DNA of 64,000 bases from Mycobacterium sp. (GTDB lineage: Bacteria > Actinomycetota > Actinomycetes > Mycobacteriales > Mycobacteriaceae): positions 68,526-132,525 of the forward strand of contig NZ_SCRH01000030.1 in the NCBI RefSeq assembly GCF_004298145.1, read 5' to 3'. Shown piece by piece: positions 38,840-47,054 of this stretch. Below the pieces are notes generated by a model that saw nothing but the letters and a program-made list of their open reading frames with translations, was not told the origin of the DNA and ran no database searches. A program made the translations under genes and the position numbers. How positions within the stretch are numbered: position 1 is the stretch's first letter; every line of letters starts with the position of its first letter.

Positions 38840-40009
38840 ATGGCGGGACCGGTGGAAGGCGTCAAAGTCGTCGAGCTCGGGGTGTGGGTGGCCGGACCGG
38901 CCGCCGGCGGCATCCTGGCGGACTGGGGCGCCGACGTGATCAAGATCGAGCCGCCGACCGGTGATCCGGCGCGCATGTTCGGCCGGATGCTGGGATGCGA
39001 CCTCGGTCTCAACCCGCCGTTCGAAATGGACAACCGGTCCAAGCGCAGCGTGGTGCTGGACCTGGGCACCGACGCGGGTCGCGGCACCGCGTTCGAATTG
39101 CTCGCCGGCGCAGATGTTTTCCTGACCAATGTGCGTCCCGGCGCGCTGCAACGACTCGGGCTGGACTTCGAATCGGTGTCGGTGGCCAACCCCCGCCTGG
39201 TCTACGGGCTGATCACCGGCTACGGCGAAAGCGGGCCGGACGCCGATCGCGCCGCCTACGACGTGGCCGCGTTCTGGTCCCGGGCCGGCGTGGCCCACCT
39301 GCTCACCCGGCCCGGCGAGACGCCGCCGTTTCAGCGCGGCGGCATGGGCGACCACTCGGCCGGGATGACGATGGCCGCGGCGGTCTGCGCGGCACTGCTC
39401 GCGCGCCAGCGCACCGGAACGGGCCAACTGGTGACGACCTCGCTGTACCGGCAGGGCGCCTACACCGTCAGCTTCGACCTGAACACCTATCTGATGAGCG
39501 GCCAGCCGATCGCGATCGGGCAACGCGATTCCATGGGCAACCCGTGCATGAACAACTACACCGCCCAAGACGGGCGGCGGTTCTGGATCGTGGGCCTGGA
39601 GCCCGAGCGGCACTGGCCGGCGCTGTGCCGCGCGGTGGGCCGCCCCGAGTGGCGCGACGATCCCCGGTTCGCCGATGCCCGCTCCCGCGCGGTCAACTCG
39701 GCGGTGCTGATCGCTGCGCTCGATGAGATCTTCGCGACACGCCCGCTCGACGAGTGGGCGCAGGTATTCGCCGGCGAACCGGATTTCTTCTGGTCACCGG
39801 TCAATACGCTCGAGGACGTCGTGGCCGACGAGCAGTTCCACGCCGCGGGCGGCATTGTCGACGTACCCGACGGGGACGCCGCGGTACCGATGGTGGCCAC
39901 CCCGGCGGATTTTCACGGCACCCCCTGGGCACCGCGTTCTGCGGCACCAGAACTCGGGCAGCACACCGAGGAGGTCCTGGCCGACCTCGAGGCGCGCCGC
40001 GGTTCGTGA
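38840..40009 (+). CDS. CaiB/BaiF family III CoA-transferase
   Basis: LADWGADVIKIEPPTGD, NRSKRSV.LDL, ADVFLTN.RPG, GMGDH (catalytic Asp), AP.LGQHT.EVL; TAGGGT -10 6 nt before ATG. Confidence 0.93.
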   Translation: MAGPVEGVKVVELGVWVAGPAAGGILADWGADVIKIEPPTGDPARMFGRMLGCDLGLNPPFEMDNRSKRSVVLDLGTDAGRGTAFELLAGADVFLTNVRPGALQRLGLDFESVSVANPRLVYGLITGYGESGPDADRAAYDVAAFWSRAGVAHLLTRPGETPPFQRGGMGDHSAGMTMAAAVCAALLARQRTGTGQLVTTSLYRQGAYTVSFDLNTYLMSGQPIAIGQRDSMGNPCMNNYTAQDGRRFWIVGLEPERHWPALCRAVGRPEWRDDPRFADARSRAVNSAVLIAALDEIFATRPLDEWAQVFAGEPDFFWSPVNTLEDVVADEQFHAAGGIVDVPDGDAAVPMVATPADFHGTPWAPRSAAPELGQHTEEVLADLEARRGS

Positions 40010-40023
40010 CGGCCCGCCGGGAC

Positions 40024-40049
40024 CTTTACAAATTTCGCCAGAAGTGTCA
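40024..40049. promoter_or_regulatory. Catabolic-block operator candidate, copy 3
   Basis: CTTTACAAA-TTTCGCCA-GAAGTGTCA upstream of the nine-gene P450/BVMO operon. Confidence 0.65.
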
Positions 40050-40170
40050 CGCTGTGCGGTGAGTCGCTTCACCCGACGCGTGCAGCGGCTACACGCCCTT
40101 GGGAAAGCCCATGACAAGCGCTTGAGGCCCGCCAGCGGAGTCGTTGCGGGCAGTGGTGAGGAATGGATCG

Positions 40171-40734
40171 ATGGTCGCTCCAACGTTCGACATCAGCAAG
40201 AGCAGCGCCGCCCGAGCAACCCAGGCCAACGGCGAGGGCCTGCGGTATCGACTGGACGTCGTCGCGGCCAGCGCCGTCGATGTCGTGCAATCGGCCGGCG
40301 GTTGGCTCTACGACCGTGCGATGGCCGGCTGGGAGGTGACCGTGTTGCTCCCGCAGGGCTGCGACACCCGGTCGCTGCGGATCCTGGGCGTGCGGGCATC
40401 GGACCTCGAGTCATCCCTCGCCGCGCTGGCGGCGGGCTCGACAAGCCTGGCCGTCAGCGCCGAGGCATTCACCACCTACGCGCGGGTGCGTGCCGCCGTG
40501 CTCGAATCGCTGGACAACCGGCTCACGGAGGTCGCGTTGTGGGGTGACGGGTGGCCGCTGGAAGTGAACCGTACGACCACCCGCGCCCAACACCTGCTCA
40601 GCGGCGCCGCGCGCACGTTCAAGGGTTATGCGCTTGCGGCAGAGGGTATTTCGGATACCGCCGTCGCTCCCGCCGAGAAGCTGCTGTGCGACGTGGGTTC
40701 GGGGGCCGACTCAGAGCTGATCCGGCTCGACTAG
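40171..40734 (+). CDS. Conserved hypothetical protein
   Basis: 187 aa with host-like codon usage; YRLDVVAASAVDVV.SAGGWLYDR.MAGW.VTV motif recalled from other mycobacterial hypotheticals; no catalytic motif recognised. Confidence 0.7.
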   Translation: MVAPTFDISKSSAARATQANGEGLRYRLDVVAASAVDVVQSAGGWLYDRAMAGWEVTVLLPQGCDTRSLRILGVRASDLESSLAALAAGSTSLAVSAEAFTTYARVRAAVLESLDNRLTEVALWGDGWPLEVNRTTTRAQHLLSGAARTFKGYALAAEGISDTAVAPAEKLLCDVGSGADSELIRLD

Positions 40735-40738
40735 GCCT

Positions 40739-41443
40739 ATGAAGAAGTACCACAAACACGCGCTGCTTTACCTACACGAGACGATCTCGTTGGGATCCGG
40801 ACGACGCGACCCCTTCACCGAGATCTTCGCCGACACCTATCAGCCGATGATGGAACAACTGGGCGCCCGGCTGTTCGCGATCTGGGAATCCACCCCGTAC
40901 AACGGTCACTGGCCGCAGGTGACGGTGATCTGGGAGATCGACGGGTTCGCCGACTACGCCCGGATCGGCGCCGCTCAGGCTCGCGGTGGCAGCCACGAGG
41001 CCGCGGCCGGTAACTGGGCGGCGTTTCTGGCCGACGTCGGCGCGTCGGGCGAGGGGCGAATCATGTACGCCGGACCCAGCAACAGGACGCTCGCCCAGCT
41101 GCGCGAGGCCAATTTCACTGCGCCGCTGGTGATCCAGGAGATCATGCAGACCAAGCCGGGCCGCCAGGACGACTACATCCGGGAGCTGGAGCGGCTCTAC
41201 GTGCCGTGGTCGGAACGTACCGGGAAGCGCTGGCTCGGTTCGTTCACCACCACTTTCCGCTACAACGAAGTCATCCACTACTGGGCGTTGGACGGGGGAT
41301 GGGACTGCTTCGCCGAGCACTACCCCTCGTGGAAAGAGAGCCCGCCCGCCGAGATCATCACCTGGATGAGCGTGGCACCCGCGCTGCGTGACGGCTGGGA
41401 AGATTCCATCCTGGCCGCCCTACCGCCATCGCCGCTGCAGTGA
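40739..41443 (+). CDS. Tandem NIPSNAP-like dimeric alpha+beta barrel protein
   Basis: Two similar halves (LYLHETI..../LVIQEIM.TKPGR..DY; GARLFAIW/GKRWLGSF; VTVIWE/VIHYWA). Confidence 0.6.
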   Translation: MKKYHKHALLYLHETISLGSGRRDPFTEIFADTYQPMMEQLGARLFAIWESTPYNGHWPQVTVIWEIDGFADYARIGAAQARGGSHEAAAGNWAAFLADVGASGEGRIMYAGPSNRTLAQLREANFTAPLVIQEIMQTKPGRQDDYIRELERLYVPWSERTGKRWLGSFTTTFRYNEVIHYWALDGGWDCFAEHYPSWKESPPAEIITWMSVAPALRDGWEDSILAALPPSPLQ

Positions 41444-42681
41444 CCGAGCGCCAAAGACCCATGAACCACACCGACTTCAGCTACGACCCCTTCGACGACG
41501 CGGTGATGGCAAACCCCTTGCCCTACTACCGAATCCTGCGCGACCACCACCCGGTCTACTACATGCCGCAGTGGGACACCTTCGCGCTGTCCCGTTTCGA
41601 GGACATCTGGAAAGTGCTGGAAGTCAACAACGGCACCTTCGTCGCCTCGGAGGGCACGTTGCCGGCGGCATCGGTTCTGGCCCAACACAACACCGGGCCG
41701 GTCGACGACCCGCCGCTGCAGCCGCTGCCGTTCCACGCCGTGTTCGACGCGGACCTCTACGGTGAGATCCGGCGCACCCACTCGCGGCCGTTTCGGCCAC
41801 GTTCGGTCACCGACCTCGAGGGCAGGATCAGGGCGCTGGCCAACGAACGCCTCGACCTGCTGCTGCCGCGCGGCTCATTCGACCTGACCCAGGACTACGG
41901 CGGCGTCGTGGTAGCCGCCATCGTCTGCGAACTCCTGGGCATACCAACCGATCTCGCGCCGCAAGTCCTCGCCGCGGTCAATGCCGGCAGCCTCGCCCAG
42001 CCCGGCGTCGGCGTGGACACCGGGCAGGCGCGCCCCAACTACTTCGAGTTTCTGCTGCCGGCGGTCGCCCGCCGCCGCGCCGGAGAGTCCGGGGCACCAC
42101 TGGACGTGGTCGACGGCCTCCTCGGCTATCACCTGCCCGACGGCCGCGCCCTCGACGACATGGAAGTCGCCACCCAGATGCTGTGCATCTTCATCGGGGG
42201 CACCGAAACGGTGCCCAAAATCGTCGCCCACGGGCTGTGGGAGCTCAGTCAGCGACCCGACCAGCTGGCCGCCGTCCGCGCCGATCCCGAGAGCAACGTG
42301 CCCGTCGCCCGGGATGAGATAGTCAGATACTGCGCGCCTGCGCAGTGGTTCGCGCGAACGGCGCGCAAGCCCTTCGACCTTCACGGTCAAACCATCAACC
42401 CCGGCCAGCGCGTCATCACCCTGCTCGCGTCGGCCAGCCGCGACGAGCGGGAATACCCCGAGCCCGACGAATTCGTCTGGGACCGGCCCATCCGCCGCTC
42501 GCTGGCGTTCGGCCGCGGCCAGCACTTCTGCATCGGATACCACCTGGCGAGGCTGGAAATGGATGTGCTGCTTGCCGAATGGCTGCGCCGGGTGCCCGAC
42601 TACGCGATCCAGGCCGAAACCGCCACCCGGCTGCCGTCCAGCTTCCAATGGGGTTGGAACAACATCCCGGTGGAGGTTTGA
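41440..42681 (+). CDS. Cytochrome P450
   Basis: I-helix IGGTETV, EIVR, heme motif FGRGQHFCIG; GTG overlaps the upstream stop. Confidence 0.95.
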   Translation: MTERQRPMNHTDFSYDPFDDAVMANPLPYYRILRDHHPVYYMPQWDTFALSRFEDIWKVLEVNNGTFVASEGTLPAASVLAQHNTGPVDDPPLQPLPFHAVFDADLYGEIRRTHSRPFRPRSVTDLEGRIRALANERLDLLLPRGSFDLTQDYGGVVVAAIVCELLGIPTDLAPQVLAAVNAGSLAQPGVGVDTGQARPNYFEFLLPAVARRRAGESGAPLDVVDGLLGYHLPDGRALDDMEVATQMLCIFIGGTETVPKIVAHGLWELSQRPDQLAAVRADPESNVPVARDEIVRYCAPAQWFARTARKPFDLHGQTINPGQRVITLLASASRDEREYPEPDEFVWDRPIRRSLAFGRGQHFCIGYHLARLEMDVLLAEWLRRVPDYAIQAETATRLPSSFQWGWNNIPVEV

Positions 42682-42682
42682 C

Positions 42683-43651
42683 GTGTGGTCCTACCGGATC
42701 ATCGCCCCGTACCTGTTCGAGCGGACCACGATCGCCGACAAGACACCCGAATGCCTGACCGACGGGCAGGTGCTGCTGCGGTTTTCGGCCGCCGGCGTCT
42801 GTGGCAGCGACCTGCCCGCGTTTCGCGGGGCCAAGGGCCGACTCCCGGGTGACGACGGCCGCAGCGGTCCCGAGAAAGACGGCTTCCCCATCCATGAGGT
42901 CGCCGGCGAGGTGATCGCCAGCCGGCATCCCGCACACCGCCCCGGAGACCTCGTGGTCGGCTGGGCGTCCGAGTTCGACGGCATGATGGAACGCGTGGTC
43001 AGCAACGGTGACGGGTTGGCGCCATACGATCCGGCGCTGACCCCGGCGCAGGCTATCGGGCTGCAACCGCTGGCCTGTGTGCTCTACGCCTGCGAGCAGC
43101 TGGGTGACTTGGCCGGCCGGCACGTCGCGATCATCGGCCAAGGATCGATCGGCCTGCTGTTCTCCTATGTCGCCAAGGCGGCCGGTGCGCGGCGCGTCAC
43201 CGGGATCGACCCGATCGATCGTCGTGATCTGGCAAGGGCATTCGGCGTCGACGATCCGGTGCGGGCCACCAGTGACCGCTGGGCGAGTCAGCTCGAGCCC
43301 GGGGATCGCGCCGACGTCGTCATCGAGGCGGTCGGTCACCAGGTCGCCACCTTGGCGCACGCCATCGACGCCACCGCCCCCGGCGGCACCGTCTTCTACT
43401 TCGGCGTGGCCGACGACGAGATGTATCCGATCAGCATGCGGGCCATGCTGCGCAACAATCTGACACTGAAATCCGGTGTGACGCTTGACCGGCGGCGGAT
43501 GCTGGAGCTCGCGAGCAAGTTCACCGCCGAGCATCCCTACCTGCTCGGTGCCTACCTCACCCACACGTTCGGTGTCGAGGCGGTGCAGGACGCATTCGAG
43601 CTGGCCTGCCGACCGGTTGCCGAACGCATCAAGATCGCGATCGCCGGGTGA
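42683..43651 (+). CDS. Zinc-binding MDR dehydrogenase lacking the structural-zinc lobe
   Basis: GVCGSD, HEVAGEV, GQGSIG; no CxxCxxC; GGAGG RBS before GTG 42683. Confidence 0.85.
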   Translation: MWSYRIIAPYLFERTTIADKTPECLTDGQVLLRFSAAGVCGSDLPAFRGAKGRLPGDDGRSGPEKDGFPIHEVAGEVIASRHPAHRPGDLVVGWASEFDGMMERVVSNGDGLAPYDPALTPAQAIGLQPLACVLYACEQLGDLAGRHVAIIGQGSIGLLFSYVAKAAGARRVTGIDPIDRRDLARAFGVDDPVRATSDRWASQLEPGDRADVVIEAVGHQVATLAHAIDATAPGGTVFYFGVADDEMYPISMRAMLRNNLTLKSGVTLDRRRMLELASKFTAEHPYLLGAYLTHTFGVEAVQDAFELACRPVAERIKIAIAG

Positions 43652-43661
43652 GGGACCGACC

Positions 43662-44420
43662 GTGACGAACGCTTCGCCGAGCAATCTGCAGCTGGCACTG
43701 AGCAGCAAATCCGTGATATTCGGCGGCTGGGTCACCGGCCCGACATTGCTGGGACCCGAGGAATTCGCACGTGCCGGTTACGATTACGTCGGATTCGACG
43801 CCCAACACGGCTATCTCGACGACGCCGACATCGCGGGCATGCTGCGCCGCACCGAACACCTGCCCCTCGGCACCGTGGTGCGCCTACCCAACGCCGAAGC
43901 CGCACCCATCGGGCGGGTGGCCGACGCCGGCGCCGACGCCGTCGTCATCGCGATGATCGAGTCGGCCGATCAGGCCGCCGCGGCGGTGGCCGCGACCCGC
44001 TACCCGCCGGGCGGCGTGCGTAGCTTCGGACCGCTGCGCGCCAGCCTGGGTCACGACCCCGCCGCCCACGAATCCCGGGTCAGCGTGTTCGCGATGATCG
44101 AAACCGCGGCGGCGCTGGCGGACATCCGGGAAATCTGCGCCGTCGACGGCCTGACCGGAATCTACGTCGGCCCCGCCGATCTCGCGATCTCCCTGGGCGC
44201 CGGTGTGGTCGGCGCGACCCGACATCCGGAGGTGCTCGACGCGATAACGCGCGTCCAACGCGCGGCGTCGGACGCGGGCCTGGTCACCGGCATCCACGCC
44301 GGGGACGGCAACACGGGTCACGCCATGGCGCGATTGGGGTTTGGCATGATCACCCTGGCCGCCGAGTCGCAGGCGCTGCGGCGGGGGGCCGCGGAGCACC
44401 TGCGTGAGGCGACGCAATGA
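43662..44420 (+). CDS. HpcH/HpaI family class II pyruvate aldolase
   Basis: FDAQHG, VVRLP (Arg), RYPPGGVRSFG, AMIET, YVGPADL. Confidence 0.9.
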   Translation: MTNASPSNLQLALSSKSVIFGGWVTGPTLLGPEEFARAGYDYVGFDAQHGYLDDADIAGMLRRTEHLPLGTVVRLPNAEAAPIGRVADAGADAVVIAMIESADQAAAAVAATRYPPGGVRSFGPLRASLGHDPAAHESRVSVFAMIETAAALADIREICAVDGLTGIYVGPADLAISLGAGVVGATRHPEVLDAITRVQRAASDAGLVTGIHAGDGNTGHAMARLGFGMITLAAESQALRRGAAEHLREATQ

Positions 44421-44827
44421 CCACCCGCCTTTTGGATGACCACGCCGCGATCCGCGAACTGATCGCCGGCTACGCGCTCGCACTCGACGCCGGTGACTTC
44501 GACGCGTGCGTGCAGCTGTTCGCTCCCGACGGTGAATTCCTGGTCTACGGCACGACGTTCGCGGGCCATGACGGCATCGCCGGCATGTTCCGCGACGCCC
44601 CGCGCGGCCTGCATCTGACCGGCGTGTCACGGATTGCTGTCGAGGCGGAGACCGCCACCGCCAGATCGCAGGTGTTGTTCGTCCGCGCCGGCGATCTGCA
44701 GCTGCGGCCCGCCCTCTACGACGACGAACTGACGCGCATCACCGGTCACTGGCGCTTTGCGCGGCGGCGGTGCAGCTTCATCACCAGCGGTGGATTGGCC
44801 GACAGTCCGGAGGGCGGGCCGGCATGA
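44417..44827 (+). CDS. SnoaL_4/NTF2-like protein (BaiE/LinA-like fold)
   Basis: AIRELIAGYALALD.GD....LFAPDG, LHLTG, YDD.L.R..G.WRF..R. Confidence 0.78.
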   Translation: MTTRLLDDHAAIRELIAGYALALDAGDFDACVQLFAPDGEFLVYGTTFAGHDGIAGMFRDAPRGLHLTGVSRIAVEAETATARSQVLFVRAGDLQLRPALYDDELTRITGHWRFARRRCSFITSGGLADSPEGGPA

Positions 44828-45552
44828 ACCCACGTGTCGCGTTGGTGACCGGCGCCGCCGGCGGGCAGGGCCGGGCCATCGCCGAACGGCTACGCGCCAA
44901 GGGGTTTTCGGTGGCCGCGTGCGATCGGCGCACCGACGAACTCATCGCGGCGATACGCGAATCGCGCGACCAGGAGCTGATCGCGGTCGAGCTCGACGTC
45001 ACGTCGGAGCAGCAGTGGAACTCGGCCGTCGCACAGGTCGTCGACCGCTTCGGGTCGCTGAGCACGCTGGTCAATTGCGCCGGGGTGCTGCACCGGGCGT
45101 CGCTGAGCGAGGAGACGGCCGAAGGTTTCGAAAACTCTTGGCGGGTCAACTGTCTGGGCGCCTTCCTCGGCGTGCGCGCGGTGCTGGAACACCTTCGCGA
45201 GGCGCCGGATGCGTCCATCGTGAACATCTGCAGCACCGGCGCGATCCGCCCTTTCCCGCAGCACGGTGCCTACGGCTCGTCGAAGTGGGCACTGCGCGGC
45301 CTGACCCAGACCGCCGCGGCCGAACTCGCCCCCTCCGGCATCCGCGTCAACGCCGTATTTCCCGGACCGATCGCCACATCGATGCTCGACGAGGCCACCC
45401 AGACCCGGCTGGCCGAGGCGTCGATGTTCGGGCGGATAGGCCGGGCCGATGAAGTCGCCGACGCCGTCGCCTTCCTGGTCTCCGGCGAGGCGTCGTTCAT
45501 CACCGGCTCCGAACTGATTATCGACGGTGGTCAATGCCTGCAGATCCGATGA
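44824..45552 (+). CDS. Short-chain dehydrogenase/reductase
   Basis: TGAAGGQG, LDVT, NCAG, YGSSK, NAVFPG. Confidence 0.92.
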   Translation: MNPRVALVTGAAGGQGRAIAERLRAKGFSVAACDRRTDELIAAIRESRDQELIAVELDVTSEQQWNSAVAQVVDRFGSLSTLVNCAGVLHRASLSEETAEGFENSWRVNCLGAFLGVRAVLEHLREAPDASIVNICSTGAIRPFPQHGAYGSSKWALRGLTQTAAAELAPSGIRVNAVFPGPIATSMLDEATQTRLAEASMFGRIGRADEVADAVAFLVSGEASFITGSELIIDGGQCLQIR

Positions 45553-47054
45553 ACGACATTTCGGTCGGCATCATCGGCGCCGGCCCCGGCGGCCTGGCGC
45601 TGGGAATCATGCTGTCACGTAACGGGTTTGGCAACTTCACCATCTTCGACCGGGAAGACGGCGTCGGGGGCACCTGGCGGATCAACACCTACCCGGGACT
45701 CGCGTGCGACGTCAAGTCGCACCTCTACTCGTATTCCTTCGACCTGAACGCCCACTGGTCACGGCTGTGGTCGGGACAACCCGAGATCCTGGACTATTTC
45801 CAGCGAAGTGTCGATAAGTACGGTCTGCGGCCGCACCTGAAGCTGCGCACCGAGATTTGCGCGGCACACTGGGATCCGGATACCCAACTATGGTGCCTGA
45901 CCACCCCGGCCGGCGAACGGCATCACTTCAACGTCGTCGTGTCGGCCGTGGGCCTGTTCACCCGGCCGCTGCTCCCCGAACTCATCGAACAAGAGCCGTT
46001 CACCGGAACGGTGATGCACTCGTCGCGCTGGGACCACTCGATCCCGCTGGAAGGCAAACGGATTGCCGTGCTGGGTACCGGATCTACCGCCGCCCAGCTG
46101 ATCCCGGAATTGGCCAAGGTGGCCGACAAGGTGTATTCGGTGCAACGATCGGCGACCTGGATACTGCCCAAGCCGGACCGGCACTACACACGGCGGGAGC
46201 GCTGGGCCTTCGCGCACCTCCCGTTCGCCAAGAAGCTCTACCGGACCCGGCTGTGGCTGCGCAGCGAATCCAACGTCTCGGTGATCGAGCACGGCAGCGA
46301 AAAGACCGAGCAATTCACCGCTGTCGCACTGGGACTGCTCGAGAGGACCGTCGACGATGAGGAATTGCGCCGCAAGCTCACACCGGATCATCCGATGGGC
46401 TGCAAGCGGCTGGTGTTCTCCTCGGACTACCTGTCCGCACTGACCCGGCCCAACGTCGAGGTGGTGACCAGCGCGGCGCGCTACCTGCGCGCCCGATCCC
46501 TTCTCACCGAAGACGGCACCGAACGCGAGGTCGACCTGGTGGTGTGCGCCACCGGCTACGCCGCCGCCGACTATCTCGGGGAACTGGACGTGTCCGGCGA
46601 ACACGGAATCACGCTGCGGCAGGTCTGGCGCGACGGGGCGCACGCCTACCTCGGCATGGCGGTGCCGGGCTTCCCAAATTTCTTCATGCTGTACGGGCCG
46701 AACACCAACGTCGGCTCCAACAGCGTCATCTTCATCCTCGAAGCCCAGGCACGCTACGTCGTGCGGGCGCTGCGCTACCTGCGGCGCAACCGCAAGCGCT
46801 ACGTCGCGGTGCGTCCCTCGGCGCTGGCCGATTTCGTCGCCAAGATCGACCGCTGGATGGCGGGTACCGTGTGGACCACCCAGTGCAGCAACTACTTCCG
46901 CGCTCCCAACGGGCGAGTGGTCACCCAGTGGCCGCGTAGCGCGCGTACCTTCTGGGGAATGACGCGCAGGTTCAGGCCGGCCGATTTCCGCTTCGAAGCG
47001 CCCGCCATCCCCGTCTCGGCCGCGGCCGCCGCGCGCGAGCGGGGCACGCGATGA
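45549..47054 (+). CDS. Type I Baeyer-Villiger monooxygenase
   Basis: GAGPGG, GGTWRINTYPGLACDV, fingerprint FTGTVMHSSRWD (FxGxxxHxxxW), GTGSTA, ATGY. Confidence 0.92.
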   Translation: MNDISVGIIGAGPGGLALGIMLSRNGFGNFTIFDREDGVGGTWRINTYPGLACDVKSHLYSYSFDLNAHWSRLWSGQPEILDYFQRSVDKYGLRPHLKLRTEICAAHWDPDTQLWCLTTPAGERHHFNVVVSAVGLFTRPLLPELIEQEPFTGTVMHSSRWDHSIPLEGKRIAVLGTGSTAAQLIPELAKVADKVYSVQRSATWILPKPDRHYTRRERWAFAHLPFAKKLYRTRLWLRSESNVSVIEHGSEKTEQFTAVALGLLERTVDDEELRRKLTPDHPMGCKRLVFSSDYLSALTRPNVEVVTSAARYLRARSLLTEDGTEREVDLVVCATGYAAADYLGELDVSGEHGITLRQVWRDGAHAYLGMAVPGFPNFFMLYGPNTNVGSNSVIFILEAQARYVVRALRYLRRNRKRYVAVRPSALADFVAKIDRWMAGTVWTTQCSNYFRAPNGRVVTQWPRSARTFWGMTRRFRPADFRFEAPAIPVSAAAAARERGTR

